Source: Chrysomallon squamiferum
Taxonomy: Eukaryota > Animalia > Mollusca
NCBI GenBank assembly: GCA_012295275.1
Contig: CM022677.1
Location: forward strand, 14,012,001-14,076,000
Reading direction: 5' to 3'
DNA: 64,000 bases
A program made the translations under genes and the position numbers. The notes under the pieces are model-generated. The model did not search any database. It saw nothing but the letters and a program-made list of their open reading frames with translations, and was not told where the DNA came from. Shown in pieces: positions 27,063 to 40,669 of the stretch. Numbering within the stretch: position 1 is the stretch's first letter; the number at the start of each line of letters is the position of its first letter.

Positions 27063-28261
27063 TCACAAATAGTGATAATAAACTAAATATTTAAAAATAA
27101 AATACATACATACATGTATAAGTTGTTACAGCTCTTGTTACGTTAAAACGCATGTGCGTGTATGTGAAAGTGATTTGAATTGTAAGCTATTTTATAAAAC
27201 TCAGCTATAAATGCTATTATTTGTATTAGTTATTACAACGACTTCTACTACTTGCTACTAAGAATAACTGTAATTAATCATGTACGAGCAGTATGTCAGT
27301 AAGGAGCAGAACATAAGTAATCAGAATAAAACAAAATATGAATGCAATTAAATAAAACAACAAAAGAACGATCGTCAATATATTGTTATTCATTATTACA
27401 AAAATTCAGCTAAATTACTCAAAAAATTAAAGTTGAGTCTTGTGACAAGATTCTATATCGTATTGTTTAATAATTTATTTTCGATTATCTGCACTTTAAA
27501 ACTATCCAGAAACGCAGACGACAAAATATTTTAGAAGCTAAATTACAAACATGTACTTCAAACTATAAAGAAAGAAAGAAAAAAAAGTACTGTAGCATTA
27601 CCTGAATATACAAAGAAATCAACTCTTCATGATTCTTAGAATCCACATTTATTTGCAAAATCCATAAATAACAAATACCGGAAATAACAGCAGAAGTCCC
27701 TCACCCCGCAAAAACAAAAAATTATATGAGAGTAATCTCCCTTCAGCTACATTTTATTTATTAATTTATTTATTTATTTATTTATATATATATGTACGTC
27801 ATTGCACACCACAGAAAATCGTTAATAACGAAACGTCGTATATAGCTTTATAAAGAGTAATACATGTAAATGTGTAGGTGTGTTCAAGGAATATTATATA
27901 CAGTAAACAACATAACGTGTCTATTAAGATAAAATATAAACAATACAAATAAATACAATCGACTGTCAAAACCGGATTCATTGAGGCCAGCGTTGTATGC
28001 CGTTTTAGACAGTGCCGATATACAAACATTAAAATAACTTAAAACTGAAATATTTGGTTTATTATTACAAATGTTAATGGTCTATCAGTTGTCTCTGTCG
28101 ACTGCGTTTTCTTCATATTCCTCTCCAAACTCCTCAGTCATGGCCTCCAAGTTTTACATTAATTGCAAATGCTGCTTTCGATAACAGCAGCAAAAGATTT
28201 AATTTTTTTGCCACTTTAAGATAATACGAAAGTTTCTTTGTATCGTCAGTCCATTCAAATT

Positions 28262-28297
<36 letters not shown>

Positions 28298-28601
28298 TCA
28301 TATATTCTTGACGTAACCAATACAGTTTGTATACTTACAACAAACCGGCCATCTGAAATGTTCGAAGATAATTTATGCAATGTACAGCGAGTACTGACAG
28401 TTATGATAATTCTGTAAAATAAAACATGAATTAGGAAAATACCGAATCGCATGTTACATCAATGTGGTGAATTTTATACATTTTTATTATACATTTTAAT
28501 TAAATAAAACAATGTAAAATATTGCTTAGGACAGTCTATTTTAACTCACTGAATTAATAAGTAATAAGCTGTTTTCTGTGTGTGTGTGTGTGTGTGTGTG
28601 G

Positions 28602-28633
<32 letters not shown>

Positions 28634-28899
28634 TACTGTCAGTTTCTAATATGTGTACTTGTTTCTTGACCTCATTGATTAATATACGTAATGACAGTTT
28701 ACATCTAAAATGGACAGCTAATATATATATATATATATATATATCAGTTATTACAAGCAGTGTAAACCATTACTGACTACTGATAATAAAAATTTGCTGT
28801 GCATATCAAAAGAGACTTGTCGACGTTTGGCTGAAATAAGTAGCCACTGGTAAATTTAATACTTTAAACATACGGACCTATGAAAATAACAATTTAAAA

Positions 28900-28984
<85 letters not shown>

Positions 28985-29545
28985 ATATTCACGTACAGCA
29001 TATTTGATTATTTTGTTGTTGTTTTTCTTATTATTTTCTTTTTAGTAAATAAATAAATTAATTAATTAAACAATCCTTAAAAATATATTTCCTTTTACAA
29101 GTTAAAACGATGTTTAATTTTCATCTCAAGAACAAAGAATTAACTAGTGTAACAGATGTTACAATGAGCAAGCATGTTTATATAGGTTTGTCGTTGTATT
29201 TTATGTCTAAAGGCAAAGTGTAGCATTTGCAATGATTCTAAGGCGTTGAAAAAACTCAAGAGACAAGAGGACGTAATCATTATATTTTGAACGAGACTAA
29301 TCATTTACACAAACAGGCATCTTTGAAAAATACTGCAGAATTAACCAAGAATGAAAGAAGTGATGAAAAAAATATAAAAGAAATCAATAAAATCCAATCA
29401 TAAATACTTTTAATATATATTTTATTATTATTTTTTTTTTTTTTAAATAAATGCCTATGGAAAAAATTTACAAACAACAAATTAATCAATAAGCAAGAAC
29501 TCATTTCTAGGATCTGCGCACATTAAAAGTTGCATCGTGTTTCAT

Positions 29546-31025
29546 TTATTCTTCTGGATTTGTGGAACATGGTCGCTTAAATACTTGCTATTTTTCTAGA
29601 ATCCAGTAAGTTGATACCCATTTAGAGCCAATAAGAACGGGACAAGCTCCGTGAATTGTCATTTTGTTAGGTGAACCATTCCGATATAGCTGCACCTGCT
29701 TTAGGTTGTATTCTTACACCAAGATGAAGAAACACTGTTGCACCTCCTTCTACATCACTCAAATAGTTTAACTATGTGGCAATTCTGTTTTCACCGGAAG
29801 AATATGCTATGTTGAAATAGTCAGTGTGAGTCGTGAACTGTCTGCCTATTCCATAGTTTGCCACCTGAAGTGGTTCTGAAGCTTTCATTGAAAGACCTGT
29901 GATTGCTTCAATTCGTTTCTGACTTCTCGCGTCTGCTTCTATGAAACCTCTTCCTAGACATGTATGTTTGTTAATTCTTTTCTCAGATTTGATATTTTTT
30001 CAACAGTGATTGATTTCAGATGCTTGTAACAGAGGCATAGAAACTGTTTTAATGTCTTCAATTGCAGCATCACTGATAAAATCATGATAGAGAACAATTT
30101 TCGGTGAGAAATGCAGAATCTCTTCTTTAGCAGGCTTAAGAATTAGAAGCGGATTTTTGTTGTTGTAATGGTAGCGATATTTCAAACGATGTCGCTGTCG
30201 TACTATAATAACGTCTTCACCACGACAGAGAACATCGAAAATAGTTTTTTCTTTAACTCTGGCATTTTCTTTTCTCTTTTCTGTCCTTGAATATTTTTTC
30301 CTTCTATTCGGAGCGCGTTCAAGTCCAGGAGCTAAAATTAACTGTTCATTTGTCAGATTTAAAACGTGTTCTATCTGTCCCGCTAATTCTCTACCGTTAA
30401 TTTCATAGTCATGAAATACGCTCTGAATTGTTTCCGTTCTTTGTTTCTCGAGACTTGTTTCCATTCAAATATGCACATATTTGTATTTTTTCATTTTGTA
30501 TGCGAGGCGACCTAACTGATAACAGTCTTCTGCTGATAATCTCTGTATATATCGTTCATATATAAAATCGTCTGCTAATCTTGTCGCATTTAATTTGTAC
30601 GTGTCTTGAAGTCGAAACACAGCTGCAGCGACCCCTTCTAAATCTTCGTAACATGGAAGGTGTTCACGAATTTCTTGTAGTTTGGTTAATTCTGACTGGG
30701 ACGTAATATTTTGGTTAAGAATAGGCTGCACATCTCGTTCCCAGTCCAACGTGAAACGTTTAATATATAAAAATGCACCAATCGGGTTGGCTATGGAACG
30801 ATTTGGATCTTTTAGTGCGATCGAACAGTGCTGTTCGATTTGATGTGAAATTGTTTTCAACTTTTCCAATTTAGTTCCTTCTTCATAAACATGACTAAAA
30901 TTTCTTAATGCTATTGCCAAGTCTCTTCCTGCTAGTACAGAGCTGTAGAGATGTGATACGGACGTAAATAGTTCTGAATTCATAGCTGATAAAAGCAAAA
31001 CTAAAATAATGTACTGCTGATACAT
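29546..31025 (-). pseudogene. P4HA: Intronless prolyl 4-hydroxylase alpha subunit pseudogene (probable retrocopy)
   Basis: Signal-peptide-like start, ELFTS, ANPIGAFLYIKR, DLEGVAAAVFRLQDTYKL, LSAEDCYQLGRLAY, PLLILKPAKEE, VLYHDFISD, EPLQVANYGIG, HTD (HxD), NRIAT, YLSDVEGGATVF, HGACPVLIGSKW, FKRPC. In-frame stops at 30465-30467, 30000-30002 and 29772-29774, a frameshifting deletion near 29690 and a further TAG near 29589. No introns in the CDS. Confidence 0.92.
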
Positions 31026-31778
31026 ATTTGAAGGTATCTACTAGCGATATGAGTACCTAAATATCTGGTAAAAAAGTAGAGTTATGATGAATATAATTCT
31101 AAATGTATATCAGTTTAAAATACGCAGGTTATTAAACTGATGGGGGGAGGGATAAAATGACACGTTTCATTATTTTATATTTCAGTTTATGTGTTTATTT
31201 TATTTATTTTATTAGTTTTACTTTTTACTTGTTGTAATAAACAGATAACTCAGCAGGTTGATGGATAGATACAAAGTGAGACAGAGAGTGATGGATAGGA
31301 AATTAGGTAACTACATGAATATGGAAGTGCAGGTACATCTGTTAGATGTGCTAGAACGTGTGAATGAGAGTGTGCTAGTGTTATAAATGGGCAGACATAC
31401 AGAAAGACAGAAGTTGTAAGGTAGTTATGCAGGGAGATAGCTGCAGAGATGGACAGATGATTTATGGATGGTTATTGATGGATCAGAATGTGAACAGATA
31501 GATAAAAAAGAAAATGATAGGTATGTAAGTTGAGTACATTGTTCTGTTACAGAAATGTTTGTATGTATGTGAAGGAAATGTGCTTGTATGTTTATGAGGA
31601 GTGGCTGTTAATTTAACGTGAAAGGAGGTTATATCTTCAGTTTAAACAGCTCATTGGTCATTCTCTCTAACTTTTTTCATGTTGCATCCATCATTTTCCT
31701 TAACTAGCAAAATATCAGCAATATCCAGATTTGTTTTCCCATTAGGACAACTGTCTCAACTGTATATTTTTATTTCAG

Positions 31779-33539
31779 TTCACCAACTTATCAGAAGAAG
31801 ACGTCAAAGTAAGTACATTTCTATTCTGCATTTACTTAGAATTTTACTTAAAGATGTGATTTATTTGTTATTTTAGATAATGATATAAACAATTTTTGTC
31901 ACTGAGATCTTTCAATGTGATAAACAATACATATGTTAAAAATGATTATTTATTCAGTTAGAGTAGGTTCTTTGTTTTGGAGATGGTGTATGCTTTAAGT
32001 TTTTATTAAATGTAGTAATAATTTTTCTTCTTACACATTTATCTTTAACTTATTATACTAGACAAACTTTACTCAGTTTAGTCTGAAAATGAAATAACAA
32101 GCTTATGAAAAGAGCTACTTTTCCTATTTAAAAAGCTATATTATAGATAGAAATGTTAAAAATCAAACAAACACACACAAACACACACTCACTAACGTAC
32201 ACACAGAATATATGTATCTCTTGCTCAGACTATCAGGGAATTTATGTTTCCTATTTACAAAATTATGTCCAACTAATGAAATGTCTGCTTATTATTTTAT
32301 TAACTACTTTATTAATTTCAGTGTAATGTGACTTGAATGTTCTTACATTAGCATTTGATTTAATTTATATATTACAGTTTATTTTTGGTATTTTAACTAG
32401 ACTAAGTTCCTGACCTTCAAGATGGAAAAATTAAATCAAGAGTAGAGAAAAGAGAGTCAAGAAAGGTCTTGGGACATTGCTGAAAAGAACATGGACCAAG
32501 AACTACATGGCTTAAGGAATGATGTTGAGATATGTGTGAAATCAGTTCCTAAAGAAAAACAGATTAATGTTAATTTTGTTGAAGGTGTTTCTGAATGAAA
32601 AATTCTTAATTATGTGAATCAAATTCATCTTTATTTTAGACATGATTTTTATCTCTTTAGATTATTTTTCAGTAAATAATTTGAATTGATAACTGCATCA
32701 TTAAATCTCATTAGAATACTAAACAAAAGATGTAAAAAAGGTTATATTTCCATTTTTAGTTTACTATAATTATATTGATTCATGCTGTTTTAATTTATTG
32801 AATTGTTTTATAACAAGGAAATGTCAGTATTTACTGAATGACATTCAGATCTTTCATCATGTATTTATAGAACTGAAGAAACCAATATACTAAACTGTGG
32901 CTTTAAACTGTATATTTTCAGAAGTTAAGGATAGAAATATTCAAGAAATTGTTGATAAATACAAACTCAGATTGATATTTTGGAACAAAGAGTAGCTCGA
33001 GTCTCCAGTAGAGTTGAAGTATTTGGTGCTGTCCAGCAGGTATTTAAATACATTATTCATTTTATTTCAGTTTTAAATATTTCTTCAGTATTTCACAAAA
33101 TTCTATGCAAAATAGTTTTCTTACGCTGAATTAAGCAACTTACATAAAAATGTAATATATTTGTTTTTGTAAAATCATGAAAATGATTAGCAATTATTGT
33201 ATACTGATGCTTTGTCTGCACATACTATCTCATTTATTGAAAGAATCCATAGAATCACTAAGGACTAATTATTTGTTCAGTTATAAAGACACCTGCCATG
33301 AAATGGCAGTCTGATTTTTACTTTACTCTAACTTTTTTACTTTATTTTATTTATTTATTTTATTTATTTATTTATAAAATGAGCAATAATTAATAACCAG
33401 AGAATTCTACAAGTAAAATCAGTTCAAATGTGTTTTTGTAGGAGATGAGACTCAGTTGTACAATGGAGGTAATGGTTACTCATGTTGGGAACATTAAACA
33501 ATCACACACAAAATATCAGACATATCTTGAAGAGATCAA
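31779..33539 (+). pseudogene. IRAG1(MRVI1)/LRMP(IRAG2, Jaw1)-family coiled-coil gene remnant, four exons
   Basis: Exons 31779-31808 (FTNLSEEDVK), 32401-32529 (..QERSWDIAEKNMDQEL..; TAG at 32443; donor reads ATATGT), 32922-33039 (IQEIVDK..IDILEQRVARVSSRVEVFGAVQQ; frameshifted), 33442-33539 (EMRLSCTMEVMVTHVGNIK). Resembles the recalled MRVI1-domain pattern ERSRDLAEEN..AARVASRAE..GA..QE.R.SKA.EVM..HVENLK. Not visible in the ORF track. Confidence 0.8.
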
Positions 33540-33646
33540 GTAAGTTAACACTGTTTTTTCTTATCCATTCACATGTGTCACCTCTTTAACTGACAAAGAT
33601 GATAATGATATTTGTATACAAATTAAGGTAAAAAATAATCACAATA

Positions 33647-33927
33647 CAGTATACCCTCACCTGTTCGCGGTTCCCCATTCGCGGCTCCGCATATTCGCGG
33701 GTTAGGCTCTTAACCCTATCGCATCGTATGCTGGTATACCAGGCGAGCGTCATAACGTCATAAAAACAAATGCTCGGTAAACCGCACAAACAATATCAAA
33801 TTTTTTCAATTATTGTTGCAATACACTACGTATTTTTTTATAAATGCATACACTGTATGTACAGTGCATATTTTTTGTGACCGTGTATTAATAATGTTTT
33901 TAATTGCATATTATTACTGAATTGTAT
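33647..33927. mobile_element. One end of a Tigger/pogo-like non-autonomous DNA transposon, cut by the gap
   Basis: TA|CAGTATACCCTC start followed by three TTCGCGG sub-terminal repeats, abrupt CpG enrichment; the other end is not visible. Confidence 0.5.
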
Positions 33928-34127
33928 NNNNNNNNNNNNNNNNNNNNNNNNNNNNNNNNNNNNNNNNNNNNNNNNNNNNNNNNNNNNNNNNNNNNNNNNN
34001 NNNNNNNNNNNNNNNNNNNNNNNNNNNNNNNNNNNNNNNNNNNNNNNNNNNNNNNNNNNNNNNNNNNNNNNNNNNNNNNNNNNNNNNNNNNNNNNNNNNN
34101 NNNNNNNNNNNNNNNNNNNNNNNNNNN
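33928..34127. other. Assembly gap (200 N)
   Basis: Run of exactly 200 N, typical of a fixed-size scaffolding join. Confidence 1.
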
Positions 34128-34773
34128 AATTATAAATCGATGTGGTCTTTTCTTTATTTAGTTTTACTTTTTTTTTTTTTTTTTTTTTTTTATCTCATTA
34201 TTAACCAATCGTTTACCGCGACTTCAAATACACGGTGTTGTCATTCCCCCCCCCTGCTTTTTCTTTCTTCTCATTATCTATATTAATGCACCAAATAAAA
34301 TAACAAAGCTTACAATTCACACTATAATAACTTGCTTATTACTGTCCAGGAATATACCAATCTTTGATATACGTCTGAAAACATGGTCTGAAAAAAATAA
34401 AAAAATATTATTTTGCCTTTTACTAAGTACTGCAATCAGTGTCCTCCTGTGTTAAAATATATTGTTAATATTTCTAGTAATGTAGGCGTCGCTCAACATT
34501 AACGTCATAAATTATATTACACTCTAGATTAAAATGATAATTTCAAGTAAGAACATCGATTGTGTAGAATACCCTTAATCTGGGAAATACAGAGCGTACT
34601 TTTCAGTTCGTTTTAATTTTTAATTTATTATTATTTTTATTGTTATTATCATTATTATTATTATTTATGAAAAATAGAAGAAAACTTAAATGATATTCCA
34701 TTATGTATACAGTTATCACATTTATTTTGTAAAACGAGCGCAGTTTACACTATCAATCATATAACATCACATA

Positions 34774-35431
34774 CCGTATATACTTGTGTATAAGTCGAAT
34801 TTTTGGGAGACTATATTAAGGTAATATTTTGGGGGTCGAATTAAATTAAATAACAAAACCAAATATGAATTTAAAACATGATATTCTTCCGTTTAATGAC
34901 ATAAAAATACATTTTAAAGCGAGAAAACCGTCAGTACGGCGTTATGCCTTACGGCGACTTGCAATGATCTCTGCCAAATTGCACTAAATATCGGTCTTAA
35001 TTTCATAAACAAAACTCACTTGTTTAATTGTAAAGAATTTGGTGAAATAATATTGCAATCGTCATTAATATCCACTACCGACAAATTTTGTAAATCATAG
35101 AACGGCTAAATATAACGGTAAGTTATGTCTCCATGTTAGACCTATTACATTAAAGAGATACTATTTATGATACATTTAGGCTATAGCTCGTGTAATACAT
35201 GCATTTACGTTATTATGGTATGTTCGTGCAAGTTACAGCTCGTGCAAGTTATGTTCCAGTAGGCGTACAATGTAGGCCTTCATGGCACTGTCACACTGGT
35301 CTAAAAATAGTGACGGTACCTGGAATCTACAGTCGACTTATACACAAGTAATACCTAAAATGACGCAATTTTTGGTCTTAAAATACACATCGACTTATAC
35401 ATAAGGTCGCCTTGTACACAAGTATATACGG
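34774..35431. mobile_element. Complete Tc1/mariner-superfamily MITE (~658 bp) with TA target-site duplication
   Basis: TA|CCGTATATACTTGTGTATAAGTCGA ... TCGCCTTGTACACAAGTATATACGG|TA terminal inverted repeats; sub-terminal TCGACTTATAC repeats at ~35333 and ~35390; no ORF. Confidence 0.9.
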
Positions 35432-37584
35432 TAATTATAAAATAAGGTGATATTTTTAATTAAATACCGCTATTTTCACGAATAAAATATATAAACATTA
35501 CATAATTATAAACAAGTAAAAATAAGTTGTCAGTTTTACTTAAGGATAACGCTATTTGCATTGTCCATTTTACCACTGAGTTATAAAAATAAATTTTAAA
35601 AACATGTGCACTATTTGTATAGTAGTTTACATGAGCTTTTAGTTACATTGTGTTACACAGAACATTCACAGTTAGAGAGTAGCGCTGACACCAACCGTGT
35701 AAATTGTAAGAGAAGTCCGCCGATATCTTGAATAACTATGAATATCCTTCCAGACTAGCTACTGTTAGTTATACTACAGGTATGATTTCTTAGTTTAGAA
35801 AAAAAGTTAAGTTATCAGCACTACATGTCTAATTATAAATATGTTTTGTGCTATAATAAAACAATATATATATTTAATTTCCGACGAAACCTATATAAAT
35901 CGATGGTAATAAAATTATTTCTAATTTTAATAATGCCTGTGAAACAAATATATCCTAATAAAAGTAGTTTAATAAACCTAAAAATGTTGATGAATTTCAG
36001 ATTCAAATAAAAAGTCCATTTAAATTTGATGATATTAGCGTTTATTAAGCAAATTATACAAAATTCAACTGAGAGAGTTTTTTGATTTTAGATATATCTC
36101 TAAAAAAATAATAACATTGTCTTAACAAAAACACTACGTTACTTTTGCTGAGTAACAAATTATTCTGACATGATATAGTAAACACAACATAAATTACGTT
36201 GAGAAATATCACATTAATATCACAGTTGCTAATGAAATAACATTTTTATCTGGTTGCGATATTTTATTCCTGAATATTCACTGTACTTCTCACCTAGAAA
36301 TATCATGATGAATATCACTTCATATGTAATTAATTAGTTGCTAATATTTCACAGTGTAACCTCAGCTTTTCAATACACACCTGTCTACAAAAAGAAAATC
36401 AATATTTAATTATCATTTGAGGTGCAACTAAAAACTAATCCTGATTTTGATAGTAACAGAGCAATTAGGAATTTGGAAGGCCTTTTTATTTCTAAATTTC
36501 TCAACTATCCTTCGTGAATGAGATGATATTCAGTTAGTTATACTACAAAACACTGAAAATTACAGGTATGATTTCACTGTGAACGTTCAGAAATATAGAT
36601 GGAACTTCCGAGTTGTAATTTTTTTAAATAATAGTATCTTTGTATGTGACGTCAAAAATATATCAAGAACATTGTGCAACAAACTTCAGATACCGCTTTG
36701 AAGTGTCCTTTTTAGTAAAAGTAACGTGATATTTTACTTTACTAATTCGAAATCATATAATAGAAAAGTGTAATTTTACTGTACGTGGAACTTAAATATT
36801 ATGTACACTACAGAAAATATTGATAACCACAGTTAATGTATTAGATATTACTGACAGTTATAAATGATAATTCTACATGGCGTCATGAAAATAAGCGGTT
36901 TAATTACTTATAAAAAGAACAAGATGAAAATTAATTATGAGCAGTGATATTTACAGTTTGAAGGTTAATTATGTTGAGAAATGTTAATCTCATATTTGAT
37001 TAATTATCGTATATATTTATATCAGGTTATATTGAAAAATATCAGAGTTAATTCCCTGGAATCACGACAATGTGTACTGATTAGCTGAGAACAAAGAAGG
37101 TGAACATGTCATTTTATTATGCGAAGTTTATTTTTTTCATTACAAGGTGTACATCAGCGCAAGTTGTATAGTGTAATATATTTTACATTTCTTATTATAC
37201 CTTATTATTATTAGATATTAAAATAACCACTCAACCAGTAACTATCAATGAGTCAGTGAAGCAGACACCATATTTGTCTTTGTCAACAGCTAAATACAAC
37301 AACAACAACAACAATAATAACATTAAATATCTGCACTTAATATTTTTATTTTTATGTTAAAACGGAAGCTTCCTATATATGTTTGACGCTATTCTCTTAG
37401 TTTCATTAGAACTGTTCTGAGTGCTGATATAAAAATGACTTCGAATTTTTTATTAGGCCTCGTAAAGTTATCAGAGAAATTAGATTTATTCTTAGTGTAT
37501 TGTTTCTATCGAGATACAAACTAAATACTTCTTTTTTTTTAAAAAGGAGATAATAATGATAATAATAATAATAAATTGAGTTAT

Positions 37585-37627
<43 letters not shown>

Positions 37628-39076
37628 AATCGTGAACTTTTATAAAACCACATTTAACTAAAGAATATCGCTGTTTATACTGATAATGTTACCCAATCGA
37701 TAACAAAATAAAACCCTAGTTTTATCACGTCTGTATTATTTATATGGCATTTAAAAATTATATTAATTAGAGATTATAGGTTATATTATTGAATAAATAT
37801 GGAATTTCATTCTAGATTATTAACTTACTTTTCTCAGAGTTTAAACAAAAATAATGATATATTCTTAATTACATAATTTGATAAATACCAGCTGTTACAG
37901 AAATGTGTTCAAAGTTTTTGGTAGAGATGTTTATTGTATTCGTAACAGTTCATTCACATTTATCTTAAAACTGCATTAATAATGAAAAAACAAGGCAAGA
38001 ACAGAAACGGAAAATTTTTTATTTATTCAAAAAAATTAATAGTAATAAAAGTAAATAATAATAATAGCAATAACAATAATTAAAAACAGTAAGAATAATA
38101 TAAAAACAACAACAACAATAACAATAACAGTAAAATAACAATAACTATAACAATAATAATAATAACAATAACGATAATAATGATTACAGGAAAAAGAAAC
38201 TGATGGCAAAAGAACAAAACAAAAAATAATGGAGTGAGGAAGAGGATCAAAGATGAAAATAACATGTATAAGTGAGACAGAAACATGAGGACAAAAAGAA
38301 AAAGTATAAAAAACCAACAACATTCTGGCTTTTGCCTGAGACACTACATAAACTGACACATTTCCTCACAGTCAGTCATTAATCATTCTGCAATAGTAAC
38401 GCAACAAAATATTTTAAAGTGAGTGCTATCATCCAAATATTGAACTAACAGGCTTAGAGATCAAATTCTAGCTACACCTTCTATTCAGAATTAATTATAG
38501 AGATGTAAAATTACTACTCTCTCTGTTTAACTCGACTTCTAACATTCTAAGACTATTGTGAGAATATAGCTAAAATGCGCTTAAACTATATTTTTACAAT
38601 ATAATAAAATCAGCTCAACATATGTATTGTTTCCAAAAAATAAGAAATAAAAAAACATAAAAAATATAAAAAATAAAAGATACAGCATCTCTTCTGCATC
38701 AGCTGTCAGATTCATATCCTGCTCTGTCTCAATAAAAGGACCGCAAGTAAATGGAAGGGTAGAACTGATCACTGGTAAACATTCTCACTTATGGTTAATA
38801 AAACTGATTATCATATTTAGGGAGATATTTAGGAGAATTTAATGCTGGGTTACGGCTATGACAGAGGTGTCTGTGTCCTATGTCGTCTGGAAGATAATCA
38901 GACTGGGTATCTGAAAATGTTACAGTAGATGTTATAGTACTCAGTATTCACTATATCTTTTGAATCCAATAACTGTGGACATTTTTCTGAGATGCAATTA
39001 GTCACATCTTCTGACTGAAATATTTAAACAGTATTAAAATAACAAACAGATTTCTTAATATGAGAGATAATTATGC

Positions 39077-39656
39077 AGGACACAAATGGCCAGTCGCCAG
39101 GTCACCAAATGCGACCAAAGTTCTGTTTAGTTGATTTGGAAGTAAGAAATATTATGGTTAGTCGCCCCTAAAAATATTATTTGGATGACCTGTTTTTTTT
39201 AAGCTAAGCACAAGATAATAATTTTATAATAATTTTATCGAAATATTGATTTCACATAAAACGAGTGCCCATAGTTCCATAAGTTGGACGTATCGGCTTA
39301 CATAATTTGCTAACACCTATTTATAAACAGTACGTTAAAGGATTATCGGTTGGTTAACGGAACAAGTTATCATAGGAGATAACTCTGAAACTAATTGTTT
39401 GCTATTGTTTTTCCTTTTCAATTCCACCTTTAATGGGCTAAAGTGAAATCAACGAGCAAATTTAGCGAATTTTTAGCGCTTTACATTAATAATTATCGGT
39501 TGGTTAACGGAACAAGTTAACATGGAAGATAACTCTATAACCTTGTATTTGCTATTGTTTTTCGTTTTCACACGCTAAACTTTACTCACTGTCATTTCAC
39601 GTTGCTTTCCTTTAATTTGTATTTCTTTTGAAAAATCCAAGCGTTTAATACTATAA

Positions 39657-39719
<63 letters not shown>

Positions 39720-40022
39720 TTCCATTTTTGTCAAGGTTTGTTTGTAAATGTCTTACCAGCTGATTTGTATAACTAGGATTAAATTTTTGTGGCGATTTTA
39801 ATTAATAAAGAATTTTCGTATTTAATTTTAGATGTTGACAAATTAAGGTAAGCCGATACTTTTAAATTATCGAACAAACCTTTGATCTGACATAAATATT
39901 TGCTACAAACTTATTAATAGTGGCTCTTGTGTTATAACTTATAGAAACAAAAAATGATGATCCAAAAAATACTTTTTAGGCGACTAAACTATAATGTTAT
40001 TATTTTTTTATTTCGAGCCTTG
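39077..40022. mobile_element. Possible degenerate non-autonomous DNA element (hAT-like ends) with an internal ~80-bp direct repeat
   Basis: CAGGACAC...AGTCGCC at the left versus GGCGACT...TTTCGAGCCTTG at the right; ATTATCGGTTGGTTAACGGAACAAGTTA repeated at ~39342 and ~39492. No clear target-site duplication. Confidence 0.35.
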
Positions 40023-40068
40023 TGCTTACTGACATAACGTGCTTATATATTTTATTGTTTGTTTACAG

Positions 40069-40669
40069 CATTAGTCAGAACACTCAGAGCATTGCAAACT
40101 GAGTGGGGTAACAGAGAGAGAAAAGAAATCTGGCAGAAGAAAATTAATTCACACATGTGAAGACAGAGAAAGAATAATTCAATTTCTGCAGCATTTTCCT
40201 CAAGATTATGATTAATTTTGTCTGAGTCAGTCGCAGGATTCAAAGAGAGAAATTTGAAACTACTGTCTGCATGTGAGACTGAATCTTCACTTTGGAGGGA
40301 GAATCAACAGACTGCTATTGCACAGGGTAAGAATTCATTTGAATAATGTGTAATTTTTCTAACAGATTAAGTGATATTTACTGGAATCTGTTCTGAAATA
40401 TATTTAAAGGAGTAAATATAATTTTAAGGATATTGTATTAATTCTTAGATTAATTGATTTTATATTGCAGTATGTTTTTGTTTGTTATTATAAATTTTGT
40501 TTTCATTTTTATTTTTAAGAAAAAGCTATCTTCTTCAGTTTCACTTGTCAGTACAGAAAGTTCACATTCCAAACAGCCCAAATCAGCCAGAACCAGTTTA
40601 CTTCCTTGTGCCAAGAAAATGTGGAACTTTTAAAATATCTTCTGAAACTGTCAGCAAATCTATCAGCTG
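40069..40669 (+). pseudogene. Two orphan exon-like segments of an unidentified decayed gene (40069-40326, 40539-40669)
   Basis: Strong TTTACAG/TTCTTCAG acceptors and GTAAGA/GTGAGT donors around coding-like sequence; the first segment shows stops in the frames examined; no family recognised. Confidence 0.35.

Noticed and set aside
27595-27720. Possible first exon or promoter of MCC copy A (donor CAG|GTAATG, CCGGAA motif)
   Set aside because: No convincing MCC-like translation or independent support.
30000-30467. Stop-codon readthrough or selenocysteine at the two in-frame TGAs of P4HA
   Set aside because: The same frame also has TAG stops and a frameshifting deletion, so ordinary pseudogenisation explains it.
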